From Rhodosorus marinus CCMP1338 (lineage: Eukaryota; Plantae; Rhodophyta): DNA of 64,000 nucleotides. Under the pieces are notes generated by a model. It ran no database searches. It was not told the DNA's origin and saw nothing but the letters and a program-made list of their open reading frames with translations. This document shows, piece after piece, positions 23,300-35,700 of this stretch (position 1 is the first letter of the stretch; each line of letters begins with the position of its first letter). The translations under genes were made by a program, and so were the position numbers. The stretch is taken from NCBI GenBank assembly GCA_029953675.1, contig JAMWBK010000006.1, positions 992,001 through 1,056,000 of the forward strand. Reading direction: 5' to 3'.

Positions 23300-25077
23300 A
23301 TGGAAAAAGAGAAAGTTATGAAGTTTGGCGCGAGAAAGAAATTGATGCGGGGATGTATTTGGACGATTTCGGATGAACAGATGGTCTATCCGACGAAGTG
23401 GAACTCTGTGGATAAGGATGAGAAGTTGGAAGTTTCTGAAAACGGACTGCAGGTGTCATATACTGGTGATGGAAAGAGCGACAGGGACGCTGCTTCATTG
23501 AGAGCAGATAGTCCAATACCTCAATCTGGAGTTGCTCTATTCTATTGCGAGGTGCGTCTTCAGTCTTGATATCCCTATTCCGTGGAGATCGCCTTGACTG
23601 ACTCTGCCTCCTCATGGCTGGTGAATCGTCAGGTGAAAATCGTGTGCGAAGGAGACTCGAAATTCATTGGTTTTGGACTGAGTCAGAAAACTGTAGAACT
23701 GAACAGACTACCAGGCTGGGAGTCTCACTCACTGGGCTACCACATCGATGACGGATTCAAGTTCCCAGGTAGTGGAACTGGATGCACGTACGGCCCACAA
23801 TGCTCAACAGGGGATGTCATCGGGGTTTGCTGGAACCTCGAACAGAACAATATGTTTTTCACCAAGAACGGCAAATCCATTGGAGTTGCGTTCTCGAACG
23901 TAAGGCTAATTCGGGAGACCATCACCGCCTATGCCAGGAATCTCAAAATCCCCATGGCCATGGGTGTAAAACACAAGATCCGTCGAGCTGAGGCAGTTTG
24001 TCTCTCAAAACTCCAAACTAAAATCTAGGTACGGGGAAGCTACTACCCCAGCGTCGGGCTCCAGTCCCGTCGAGGAGTTGTACTCGGAAACTTTGGCGAT
24101 TCCCCATTCGTGTTTGATATTGAAGGCTATGCCTATGGTGAAAAGCAAGAAACCTTGTCCTCGGTGATGCAAGTCCGTGTACCAGGCAGTTTTGATACGT
24201 TCTCTGAGGTGGGTCCTCCCAGCCAAGCACATGAAGATGGCCTTTCTGATCCGTTTTGCCAGGATTCTTATCCCTCCCGTGGTGCGTTTATGAATCCTTT
24301 CCTTTCCCCTAGATCATCATTACATATCTTCTTCACAATGGATACATTGAAACGGCGAAGGCGTACGCTGCAGACGTGGGCAAGCTGGAGCAGATAAGAG
24401 ACGATCTGGAATTCGCCTCAAAGTGTAAGAAAATTTGCGACCTTGTAAGGCGTGGGGAGATTGATGGGGCAATGCAGGCCCTTCAGGTGGACTTCCCTAG
24501 CATGTTGACAGACCCAAAGGTCAAGATAGTATTCGATCTGAAGTGCCAACAGCTCGTGGAGCTGTCCAGAACAAAGCAAATTGAAGAGCGGCTTGCCTTC
24601 GCGCAGGAGCACCTACACGAGTATCAAGACATGGGAGAAGAGTACTCTAAGGGCCTTACTGATGTGATAGTCCTTGTGGCATACCCTGTACGTACTATCA
24701 CAGACTACCCCGACGAAGCTGGTAGTGGTATCCTAACTTTGGAAACAACGTATCGCTCCGCATTTCTCACGTTTGTCCAGGACCTAGAGCAGAGTCCATA
24801 CTCCGATCTTCTTCAGGAATCAAGGAGAGATAAAGTCGCGGCGGATCTCAACCAAGCTTTGCAGGGTGAGAAGCCGCACGTCCTTGCCTTTTCAAGAATT
24901 ACTCTAAGCCTCCATACTTTTGTTTTGGTTACTTGGACTTCAGTATCAAGAGGGAAACTAGGACGCTCAGCACTGGAGAGGCTCGTGTCACACTGTGAGG
25001 AATCCCTTCGAGACTTGAGAAGATACACCACTGGACACGGGTCAATCCTGTCCTTGCGAGATGTATTGAATGGGTAG
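23300..25077 (+). CDS. RANBP9: RanBP9/RanBP10 (RanBPM, GID1-like) SPRY-CTLH-CRA scaffold of the GID/CTLH E3 ligase; multi-exon
   Basis: SPRY domain (LQVSYTGDGKSDRDAASLRADSPIP, LFYCEVKIV, LPGWESHSLGYHIDDG, GPQCSTGDVIG, FFTKNGKSIG); CTLH (FDLKCQQLVEL); CRA (RRDKVAADLNQAL). Confidence 0.9.
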
Positions 25078-25263
25078 TTGCTGGATGGTCCGGCGATGCA
25101 TAGTTGGCGAGACCAAGAACGTCGTTCCCGCGACGAATTCAGCTAGGGAAGACAGGCAAAAACATTGTATAGATCGGCATGATTAAAAAACGGAAGAGAA
25201 ATCGTATATTACCACAAGGCAACCCGAGAACTACTTGCCCTTTTGAGGGGAGGGAGGGCCTTC

Positions 25264-25845
25264 TTAACCTCCGCTTATAGGAGGAATCAATGCGATTTCA
25301 TCACCATCGCTTAGCTCCCGCACATCCTAAGGAGGGAAGGCGATTGTCAGATATCCACCACAGCGTCGTTTCGGTGAGTGCTTCGTCGTACCTCTACGTA
25401 TTCCAAGTTCAGGGAGAGGACGCAGATGGGGATGATCGATTCAAGCTGAGGGAATCTCTTCAGAATCTGTTTAAGTTGTTTCCAGGCAAAGGAAAAAAAC
25501 AAGGACTCGATTTTAGATCCTTCTGACGGTTGGTGCAGTGGCCGATAGAATGCGACATCCAGGGAACCCAGCTCGTCGCTGCGCTGTGATGCTGAGGGAA
25601 GCGCGCTTACATGTTCGTTCACTAGAGCTTCCTTTGAAAACGCAGGGAAAAAAAGGGTAGCGCACTAGTAAAAAAGTCAAATAGACAAGTCCAACAAGCG
25701 AGAAAAGGGGTTGAGCGCAAAGAGATCATCGATCCGTCCGACTCACCGTCGTCGTAGGACCTGTCAATTCAAAGGACGAGCTCGTGACGCCACCGCAGAG
25801 TTCTTTCGCCTTGGCGAAGAAGAGGACCTTAACAATCATGGTCAT
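25264..25845 (-). CDS. MOCS2A: Molybdopterin synthase sulfur-carrier small subunit (MoaD/MOCS2A); 4 exons including a 21-nt microexon (25611-25631)
   Basis: Spliced product from ATG 25839 is MIVKVLFFAKAKELCGGVTSSSFELTGPTTT-EALVNEH-ILKRFPQLESIIPICVLSLNLEYVE-DVRELSDGDEIALIPPISGG* (83 aa); ubiquitin-like with terminal GG; all junctions GT-AG and in frame. Confidence 0.92.
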
Positions 25846-26843
25846 TTCATCTGACCTTTGTACACAAAACTCGATTTCGTCGTTGAAATACAGAAGCGAG
25901 TATCCCACTTCGTTTCCAAAACACTGCTTTACAATGAGGAGGATTTCGATATGGATACTCCTGGAGCAGATTGGGCTGGGGGTGATCATCTAAATTTCAC
26001 GAATGCTACCTTCCTTAAGAGACAGCGAGGAGAGAAAAAAAACATAAAGGGAAGAGCAACTCGTATAGGGACAGAGAGAGCACAACGTCCCACGAGTTCG
26101 ACAGAACGTCGAAAAGCTCAAGAGGAACAGAACCAAGCAGCCGAGCCAGAACTGTCGTCCAGTGTTCGTCCTTCCGTCGACGGGAACTGTTCGTAGTGGC
26201 TCTGGCTTCTTCCTGATTGGTACAGCCGGGGAGATTGTGACCTCCTCGTTCGCTAGCAGACAAGAAATCTTCCCTCTACCTCGATCGCGATCTGTGACCC
26301 AGCGGTTACTTAAAACAATGGACAAACGTCAGCCAGATCGCATGTCTTGTTCTGTCTGACTGCTGTGGAGCGTAGATGTGCACCGACGAAGTTGCTACTG
26401 TGAAATGTTTCCACTGACCAGCTCATTGAACATCATGTTGTTCGCCTACCCTCGACCCTTAAGTACTCGGTCGTCAATTGACAACAGATGGATTGTTAAC
26501 CAATCCTTGAAACAGGAGATATGAAGCAACGAGGTCAGATTTTGACCGAGCCATTCTTGGGTTTTAGTATTAAATAGAAGTTTTTTGTTCGACAAAAGGA
26601 GAAGGAAGAGTGGGGAGGAACATAGCAGGCTGCTACTCCTTCCCCCCGTGGCCTCCGGCTTCACCTCCGTCGTAAATCTATACAATATGTTTTCTTGCGG
26701 CTCGTTTTCTATCCGGAATGCCAAATAAATAGCGCAACGAAAAAGAAAATCGCGAAGAAGGAAAAAATTCACAAAGAAAAAAAACTATCTCTACAAATGT
26801 TATACCGCCGCGGTGATGTACCGAAACTCTGGAAAAAGTGCGC

Positions 26844-27647
26844 TTAGTCCGGAGAAAGTTTGGCCGCAGCGAGCTTCGCGGCAACTACAGATATGAACGC
26901 CTTCATGTACCTGTACTGCACTCCTTTAAACAATCCCATTGGGCCGTGTTTCTGGACGATTGTCGCTACGGTACTGCGCATACCGCTTCCGCCGCTGAAG
27001 GCAATTTTCTTTGACACCAGCTTCAACGGGTGCGCGAAGGATTCACCAGTCATCTTCGCGATGATGCTCATTGTCAGCAGGCTCGCAAAGTTCTTCTCAG
27101 AGTCCGGGAACATGTCCCTCATGATGTTGTACCCAATGAGCTCCACCGTCACCGCTGGAATTTGTGATAGTGCCAGAGGGCGAACACCTCTGAAGAATCC
27201 GTTACGGGCCAAAAAAGTCTGGAAGCTAATATTCTTCACGTAGCAGGCGTGGATAATGTGCAATGGGTAAGTAACCGCAATGGAAAATGCACCAGCGAAG
27301 GCGGACACAATAACCGTATCCACGATGCTGGGCAGTTTCGGAATCCCATATCTCGAATCCATGTTCCGAACCTGCTTCAAAAGCTTATTACTCCACTCAT
27401 ACGTCATCACACGAATAGCCTTCGCTGGAACTTTTCTCAGAAGCTGTACATGGTTCCCGTGAAACAGGCCGGCGACACCGCGCTCCTTAAACACGGTCCA
27501 GAGAGCCGCGGGGACGTTTCCGTCGCCCTTTTTCGCGACACGAACGGCCACATCTAGAGGCTGTGCCAACGACACAGAGACCACCGAGGACGTGGCCGCG
27601 ATCCCGACGGAATCGCGAACCCCATCCCACCACTCAAAATCCCCCAT
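26844..27647 (-). CDS. Mitochondrial carrier family (SLC25) protein, divergent; intronless, 267 aa
   Basis: Three ~90-aa repeats with carrier-like motifs AQPLDVAVRV, TYPLHII, AHPLKLVSKK, plus GVAGLFHG and GPMGLFKG. Confidence 0.8.
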   Translation of the reverse strand: MGDFEWWDGVRDSVGIAATSSVVSVSLAQPLDVAVRVAKKGDGNVPAALWTVFKERGVAGLFHGNHVQLLRKVPAKAIRVMTYEWSNKLLKQVRNMDSRYGIPKLPSIVDTVIVSAFAGAFSIAVTYPLHIIHACYVKNISFQTFLARNGFFRGVRPLALSQIPAVTVELIGYNIMRDMFPDSEKNFASLLTMSIIAKMTGESFAHPLKLVSKKIAFSGGSGMRSTVATIVQKHGPMGLFKGVQYRYMKAFISVVAAKLAAAKLSPD

Positions 27648-30048
27648 CCCTGTTCACAGAAACAACTGCGCAAAACCACATCCCACTGCCCATCTCCCAT
27701 ATAATATATACAGCATGCTCACGCCTTTTCGCCTCTCACCCAAGCTACCTCCCGCCTCGACCCGCAGCAGCATGCCACCGGCACTAAGACTCATTCTATA
27801 TATAAGTGCCCTCTCTGAAAACACGCCAAAACCCTCAAAAACGGAAAGAAAGGAAAATATGCCCAAAAGCCTTAAAACTCCAACCAAAAAAAGGAAAAAC
27901 ACATCCATTTTATTACAAAAACCCCTTTTTCCGGTAATTTTACTCTCCTTTCCCCTCCACAAAAATAGATACCACCGAAAGGAACGATTTTGCGGTTTTC
28001 TTTCGCACAGCAAATCCTCGTCGTACAAAACAATTCCTAGAAAAATCAAGGCTCCGGTAATATTCGGGTAAAACTCTACTGTAATTCAACGATATGGCAT
28101 CCGACATGGCACTCTAATTTCAGAAACTTTCAGCTCAAGGAACCCAAAAACAATCAATATTGTGGATTCTGTGAGTCAATAAGAGACCAATGAATATGCA
28201 AAATACAGATTCTAACCAATAAAAACTAACAATAAGAATCTTTGAGATACTTTAGGACGCGTGGATGTGTTTCATGAAAAAAAAGTAATATTAACGGTAA
28301 TGATTGGACTATTATTTATTAATTCTTTATTTTATTTTGAGTATTTATATCTTAGAATTACCAATCCCCTTTTAACCCCACTCCCTAAAACCCCCCACCC
28401 CCCCCTCCTCCTTTCACCTTCCCCCGTACCCGGTCTCCCACACCCTGAAAATGAGACCCACCGGCGGGTTAGTAGTTTGTATGATTTTCTTAGATGAATA
28501 ACGAGGAATGCAATTGAAAGGATTTGGTCCATTGCAATGGGTTCGGGAGGGAGGGGGGTTTTTGGGCTTGTTTTTAGCAATTTTTTTTGGACGAGAACAT
28601 GGGCACGGCTCTTTGGCGGCGGTTTTTAGAGACTTGAGGGTATGGGAAAGGGGGGGGGGGGAAGGGGTGGAGGGGAATAGGATCTGGAAAGGAGAGAATC
28701 TCTTGAGTTAATATGAATATATGTATATTTTTCCGCGTAAAGTTTCGGAATCTTTTGGGTCTCAATCAGTCTGTTGTATGAATGGATTCATGATAGATAC
28801 GTCCACTGGATCCTGGTGCTGCCAATGGCATTGAGTGAGAACCCTAGGGGGAAGTGGAATCGAAAAAGCCCTTCAAAAGAGTTCCTGCTGGTCGGATGGG
28901 AGTAGCGTCAAGGAGAATTGGATGATTCTCGCTCTCTCTGTCCCTCTCGCTCTTTCTTTCTTGGCTTGTTCGGCCGGCTGATTGACGAAGAATCTTTTTG
29001 GATCATTCGGTCTGTGTACGGATTCATCGACGGAATTTGTCGATGAGCATCCGAATTTGCTGACAGTGCCATTGGGAAGATTTGAATAGGGCTACGGCGG
29101 ATACGATTCTCAGATGCGTTTATTGCGTGGGCTAAGCTTTTGAGTTCTCCGACACTGGAGCAGAGAATGCGAGGGTGGGAATCCTGATCGGCGTGGTGGA
29201 GGGCTGATCAAAGCTTGAAATGCAGACAGAGTTCTGCGCAACGACGAAGCACACGGAGAGGATCGCAGAGACAGCATCTTTCGACCTCGCCCTACCTACA
29301 CACGAGTAGAGAGCGCAGCTTTTGGAATTCATTGCAATAGGATGAAAGCCTCAGACAGAGGCTTTTGACTACGCAACCCGTCTCGTAGGTGGAACTGTAG
29401 AGTACCCTAGGCATCCACCAGCAAATCGCTGCCCCAAGCACGTTCGTATTCAATAGACTGCACGCAACGGAAAAACTCAGTTCCAGAAAGTGCACGTTGT
29501 GCCGACAGCTGTGGTGCATCAACCAACGCCCGGAACCGTGCCGCTCTGAACTCCAAAGGCACATACCCATGTTTCGCTGGCTCTGGTCATAAAACTTATC
29601 CTACTTGTGCCACTCGGGGGCCAAGAACATTAAAAAGAACTCCTTGCGGAACAGGCTGCTTCTCAGTTCCTCTCGCTCTGGAGCGCTCTCTAGATAGTGC
29701 CCCACGAGAGACATCTTCTAGTACGCCACTATACTACCATATAATTGGATATTAGTGTGCGAATCGATGAGTTAAATATTGGCACGTGTCCTTATTAAGG
29801 AGTTAAGGATATCTACTAACCAATTAAGAGTTTTAGATATGGCAATAGTGGATGGCTCGTGGGGTTGAGTTTTGCGATCTTGAGGGAGGTGGACGATGCT
29901 GGTGGTGATGAGCCGAGTTGATGGTTAGCTCTGCTTGCTGTTCGAAGTACACTGTGCTGAGCGTTTTTCGGATAGTTGAGTGAAAGCTCTGCTGCTTGTG
30001 TTTCGTTTGAGTTTGTTAAGTTTTTGGGTACGAAAAGGTGCCAAAAAC

Positions 30049-31083
30049 ATGCTGAGGTTGGGTGCGATCCGTGGCCTGGGGAATTTCAGGGAGGCTGGAT
30101 TGCGGCTGCGGGGTTCGGAGATCGTGCGATCTTTCCATGCATCTGTGATTGTGGAGGGAAGGAACAAGAAGAAAAATCAAGTGGTGCGATTAAAGAAATG
30201 GAAGCCGCACATATTTAACCGTGAGAATGAGAACGCGAAGCGTCTTGAGCTGCGGGAGAAAATAGCTGGGTTGAACAGAAGCACCCCAAAGGTGAGCATC
30301 CGAGTTCATTTCAGAGGGGAGTTAGTTCCTCGAAACCTTTCTTTTTTTTCTTCAGATTCGATCAACCACTCCTAGACGACGGTGTTGAGGACGGAGTGAG
30401 TTTCTCGTCTGAATCGTTTACTTTCTGCTGCGTCCCACTCAGGTTTCCAAAACACTCACGAGGATTGCGTACAATGACACGTGGTTTTTGAGGAATCCCT
30501 TGATGTTTCTGTTCACTACCGGTAACGCAGGTTATTGGGGCTACTCAGCTTACTACATGTCTACACTTTCAGAATCAGACCTCATATTTTCCCCGGTGTG
30601 GACGTACGCCATGGCCGGGCTTTCGTCGGCGATGTTCTTCGTGTGTTTGTGGGTTAATTATAGAACCGTTTCCAGGTAGGTCTTGCACGTCCATAGGGGT
30701 GGTGTGTACTTTGACTGGGCCAACAACAACTTAGCATGCGATTCGCTTACTGCCGTTGCAGGATTACCATATCTGGAGTGGATGGAGGCAAGATGAAGTT
30801 TGAAACGCTCTACCCGTTTGGGGTTGGTATGCGTGTTCAAAATGTTAGCACAGGGATTCTAAAGAAGCGTGACGATAACGCGTGGATGATTTTCACAACC
30901 GCTTCGCCATACGGCTACTATTTGTTGAGGAGAAAGAAGGGCTACCCCGATGAGCAGCTAATGCAATTATTGAACAAGGGAGGTGCCCATGTCATGGCCC
31001 ATTCTCTACGGAGAGCTTTCCCCGAAGCGAATGGTCTGCTTCGCTCTCGCAAAGTCGACCAGTCGGCGCCGGTCAAGAGCTGA
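30049..31083 (+). CDS. Predicted mitochondrial membrane protein (TMEM70/186/223-like topology); 2 introns
   Basis: Arg/Leu-rich presequence MLRLGAIRGLGNFREAGLRLRGSEIVRSFHAS; two hydrophobic helices in exon 2; basic C-terminal domain. The family call is a topology-based guess. Confidence 0.5.
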
Positions 31084-31440
31084 GGAGCTGAGGAGCTGAG
31101 GATGCTGTAAACCTGTGCAGAGTCCCATGGAGACATGACTGCCTACACGGAGCCTCGCCTCATAGAGTTTGGTCGTGCGTAGCTAGAGCTTGAGGAGCCG
31201 ACGGCCAGCAGAAGTGAAGGGTGTTCTCAAGAGCCTGGCTGTTAGTGGAAAGTTCTTCTACTATGTGGCCTGCTTGACGATTAAGGGAACCGTTTCAATT
31301 AGCCAAGTTTATTAGATGCAAATATACATAACTTAATTATCTTCTAGAGGTCGTAGACAACCAGAGGTTCTATGCCACTGCCAACTCCCAGCCGATCTGA
31401 GGAAAGCATTGAATCCAGTGCCACTCGTCTGGGCAGGACT

Positions 31441-32310
31441 CTATTCAATCGTATCTTCAGGGTCCTGAAAGAAAACGTCTCCAGAGGGCCAGAACTTCTC
31501 TAAGATGGAGATTTCCTCCCCGCCTTCAGCTTCCCCCTTTGGCGTTCCATCGTCGGTGGTATTCTTTTCTACATTGTTTTCTCGCTGGTCTACTACACTT
31601 TGAGGCCATGACCGTACTTCAGTCCCCTGTTGTCCTTCTCCCGTCCTCCGCTTGGCCTCTTGCGGTGTGGGATTAGTTGCTGCCAAAATCTCTACTTCAA
31701 CTTTCGCTTTCGTCGTCTTGTCTGCAGTCATCGGTATATTAGTTAGTTGGGATTTTGTGGATGTTTCGTCCCCATTTTGTGAGTTTAAACGCTCTAGAGA
31801 CAGTGAGAATTCACCACCCTCAGAATCAGAGATTTTACGATGGAACTTCACGGGTCTCTTCGAGAGTGTGTTGCTCAGTTTCGAGTGGTTGTGGAAGTGC
31901 TCTGAGGCAGAGTTCTTCAGATCGGCATCGCATGATGCACAGATGACACCGCACAGACTATCGCAGAACATCTACACGTGAGGATTCGCATACGCGCAGC
32001 CATACGAAGGGGGTTATTCGCAGAAGCAGATCTTTAAGTCACAAAACCCTCCGGCGAAGCAAACCAAGCGAAGAAAATCGAAGCGTGCACTTACCCAGGC
32101 CGGAGGCTCACCACACCTCTGGCAGACCGCAAGCACGGTAACACTCGGATCAAGAGGACGTCTCATATGCCCTATCAATCCACCCATTCCAAAATGAACC
32201 CGTCCATCGCAAGACTGGCACTGGTTCTCTTTTTCGTTCTCGCAATACGAAACCGCCTCAGCGCTCTCACACCGGTCGCACACCGCGCGTACGTTTACCA
32301 ACCTAGGCAT
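31441..32310 (-). CDS. B-box zinc-finger protein (BBX-type, two B-boxes, no CCT domain); 1 intron
   Basis: CDRCESAEAVSYCENEKENQCQSCDGRVH...H and the spliced CQRCGEPPAW|MFCDSLCGVICASCDADL...H follow the plant B-box C-x2-C-x8-C-x7-C-x2-C-D pattern. Confidence 0.8.
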
Positions 32311-32785
32311 CGCCCCAACATCTCCCTAGAAACGAAACAAGGGGATGTAAAACGAGGAACTGACAAAACTTTTTCTTTAGGATCACAAAAACGTACAATT
32401 CACCAGAGTGCTCCCTGTTCCTACCGTCGACACTGCCCAAAACCAATCCGCCTTCGCTTCTCCTGTAGGAGCCTCAAACCTTCAAGTCATCAAACCGCCT
32501 CCCTTCCGAAAATTGTACATATTGTTCATAAAACTTCCTAAATATCAAACGAAGTACCAATCAATATATCGTGTACGTATTATGGGTTTTTGAGGATGAG
32601 CGTATATGAATTAGAGAAGAAAAATAGACGTAGGGATAGGAATACTGAATATACGATAGAAAGGTCTAAACAGGGTGAAAAAAGGCACTTTTTGGTGGTG
32701 ATCGAGCGGCGAACGAGAAAGAAAGCTAAGACGACTAGTAGGATACTCACTCGGACGAGGACTGCAAGGAATGAAAGCCGCATGC

Positions 32786-33037
32786 TATTCGAAATCTTGT
32801 AGAATAGCAACCCCAGAACAGCGCTCTGTCCACCTTTCTTTAGCTGATAACTGGATCACCTCTTTCCCATGCCGAGCGATAATGTGGAAGGACGCGGAAG
32901 TGGGTAAAAAAGTGACGACGAAGAGGACGATCGTCGCCTGGATGAAGACTCGAAGTATTCAATCGTCATTCTATCCGAAATCGTAGAGAATACTAACCCC
33001 AGAACAGCGCTCTGTCCTCCTCCATGAATGGATCACC
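32786..33037. repeat. Degenerate ~75-bp direct duplication with an identical 23-bp core (aaccccagaacagcgctctgtcc at 32809 and 32995)
   Basis: Core identical; flanks similar (ctat(t/c)cgaaatc..., tggatcacct); spacing 186 bp. Confidence 0.85.
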
Positions 33038-33189
33038 TGGAACGACTGCACGTACCAATGATCTATGGTCGTCGGTAAAGGAGAGGACGCGAAAGGGGGA
33101 GGAGGAAGAGAAGCTTTTGAAAGGTTGTTAGCGCAGAAATTGAGTTTGGAAAAAGCAGATTTTGTTGCGAGACAAGCAGTAAGAGCAAG

Positions 33190-33392
33190 ATGATTTCTAG
33201 GGAGATGCTGAAGCAAATCTACGACATTGAGTTTGGGGATCCGCAGCTTCGGCAGGTGAGTCGAGTCAGCGAGTACAGAGCTTTTGTTTGGGAAGACCCT
33301 TTCCATAGATTCTAACGCATTTCCTGTTTTATTTTCTTTTGTTGTCTTCGTTGGCGGCTGCGTTTATTACGTCCTTTGTTTTATTCCCTTAA
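33190..33392 (+). CDS. Candidate 49-aa tail-anchored microprotein (putative intron 33256-33308)
   Basis: ATG 33190; CAG|gtgagt donor; ccatag| acceptor; product MISREMLKQIYDIEFGDPQLRQILTHFLFYFLLLSSLAAAFITSFVLFP*. No clear branch point and no recognised homolog. Confidence 0.25.
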
Positions 33393-33868
33393 AGCTGAAT
33401 ATTAAGCTGCTTAAGACGGTGGCTTTCTTCGGTATCGCCGCGTGGTTTATTAGGAACAACGGGCAGTTATTGGAGTTCCCGATTGAGCTGAAGCGCGCGT
33501 AGGAGTCTTGGTTTTCCAAAATTGTCGGGCGAAAGTGCACTCCCGTTGTTGTCACTCTGCGCCTTATTCGGAAAAGTTATTCTCAGCCCTGTCAATGAGT
33601 TGCAGCCAGTCCTGCTGGCTTTGGTTACGAAGGTCAATGACGGTAATAACAACGGATTTTTACGATTCGCCCTTTGCTAGTCGAAACGTGTGTTTGTATA
33701 GTTTTGCCTAAAATGGGTTACTCAGTGGAGCAAAGCCGCGAACTATGTCATTCCACAGCCGTTTATCTTCACCTATGTACGATCTTCAAGAACAGGCGTA
33801 GAATCTAGTCTTCCCAACGCAAATACGGCACCTTCGGGAGTAGCCAAGCTGCATCGTCTAAAGAAACA

Positions 33869-34794
33869 CTAAGGGTCAAGAGAATTTCTTAGACTATCTA
33901 CTGACTTTCCCGTGGCGAAAACCCACTTCAGCTTGCCGTCGCGAATGTCTTCGAGCTCTTCCTCAGTTGGTGCAAAATATTTATTAGCTATTACAGCGTA
34001 GAAGGGGTCCCCACCGTATGAAAATCCAAGGCTGCCTAGCAGCGGTGCGATGGTGGTCAGGGGGCTTTCCTCAGTGACATCCTTCACTGGTGTGAAAGCT
34101 CCAACCTCTGCCATGTATCCTTTCACGAGCTTGACGCGCCCACGTCCTGATCGATCTTTCCATGCGTTGACCGCTTTCGTGAAGAACATCCTGTTGGAAA
34201 AGGAAATGATGACAACTCCCCTCGGCCTGAGCACACGTGCGATCTCGGAGAATATGATCTCCGGTTTCTGCAGGTACTGGACGGAAAGCGCGCAGACTAC
34301 GGCGTCAAAGCTCGCGTCTTCGAACGGTATTCTAGGGTCTGCGTTCAGGTCGTGGACGACGAACTCCGTTAGCTGTTTGTTCTGAGAGAGTTCTTCCCTG
34401 TTCATGCCAGTGGCGGCCACTCTGTCAAACTTCATGTCCTTCGGAAGGTGGGACCTATAAAACAAATCGAAAACACTAGCTACGGGTAAGCACGACATCA
34501 ATAGAAACAAAACAAATATTAGGGTAGCTGAACGCACACCCATGAGCTCATGAGATCTAGAACGCGTCCTCCATTCGGCAGCTCCTGATGGTACAGACTC
34601 GTCAGCCTCTTATGCCAGTCGTCGTCAGCATGTTTCACCAGCCGAGGGGTGTTGTAGAAGAACGAATCAGGGGACTTATCGATTTTCTGCCTCTCTCTAT
34701 CTTTCAGACCGCACGTCACAACTCCGCATCTCCTCCTGACCTGGGCATCGAACGTCGATGCCCTCGGAGCTAGACAAAAACAGCTCAAGAACAT
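33869..34794 (-). CDS. Plastid-targeted class I SAM-dependent methyltransferase (Methyltransf_11, cyanobacterial-type); 1 intron
   Basis: FYNTPRLVKHADD, VLDLMSSWVSHLP, GMNREEL, HDLNADPRIPFEDASFDAV, SVQYLQKPE, FSNRMFFTKAV. Confidence 0.88.
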
Positions 34795-35439
34795 CGATCG
34801 CCAAAGTTCACTTTGATGGCCGCCACCCCCTCACTACAGAAAAAAAAGAAAACTAAACAAATACACCAACAACCTTCCTCCTAGTCCTCCTTCACTCAAA
34901 ACAACAACAACACACAACACCAAAAAAACCAGGTACCCTCCAAGCCCAGGCTAATCTCTCAGAACTAGCAGAAAGAAAGCCAGTAGGCCCACACAAACTT
35001 CTTAAACGCAATACCTACAACCAAAACCAACACTCCAACCCGCCCCCTCCCACCCTACTCCCGAAGACAGTCACGGCGATACCCCAATGCAATCCAGACA
35101 AAACCAAACCCAAAAATCTCCAACGGAAGAACTAGACACGTGTCACCAAAATAATTAGTTTCAATAAACAAAAATGCAAGCCTTGCTCCCCCCCCCCCCG
35201 CAGTAACATCTTAAGTAAGTCACGCTAGTAGAGGGTAGATTAATAATGTTGGCAATAATAGAAGGTTTAAATATATTTATAAATATGACATAATTTTCTC
35301 ACAATAGGGGTTATGTGAAAACAAACTCATTCTCTGGGCCTGCCTCGTATTCTTTCCACACCCCCTCTCTTACTACTTAAGAAATATTTATAGATTTTTT
35401 AATCGTTTTGTGACATGCGTTTGGTGCACTTGAGAAGCC

Positions 35440-35700
35440 TGCTTCGGACTATAAATCCTAGTGCTCCTATCACGGGCATGGCATAGATCATTCCGAGCTT
35501 TTCGAAGATTGGACTGCTGCTATGAGTTGATATGATCTGGCTGATGATCCCGAATCCAGGTAGTATGAGTATATGAACTTCTGGGTCGCCGAAGAATCTG
35601 AAGAGAGGTTTTGGGACAGTAGTGGATCTCCGCTGGCATTGCTTTAATAGAAGCCTGTGCTGAAGCATCGGTCGCTGAGGCTGGGTAGCATCGTCATACC
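35440..35700 (-). pseudogene. cox1: Decayed cox1 fragment (NUMT-like) with a stop codon and a frameshift
   Basis: GMTML(PS)[24 protein letters not shown]/(+2 nt)/[53 protein letters not shown] aligns with cox1 [55 protein letters not shown]...GMxYAM..IG.LGFIVW. Confidence 0.85.

Noticed and set aside
25264-26400. Bicistronic MOCS2A/MOCS2B arrangement as in animals
   Set aside because: No MoaE/MOCS2B motifs in any frame nearby; the downstream sequence is the convergent RanBP9 3' end.
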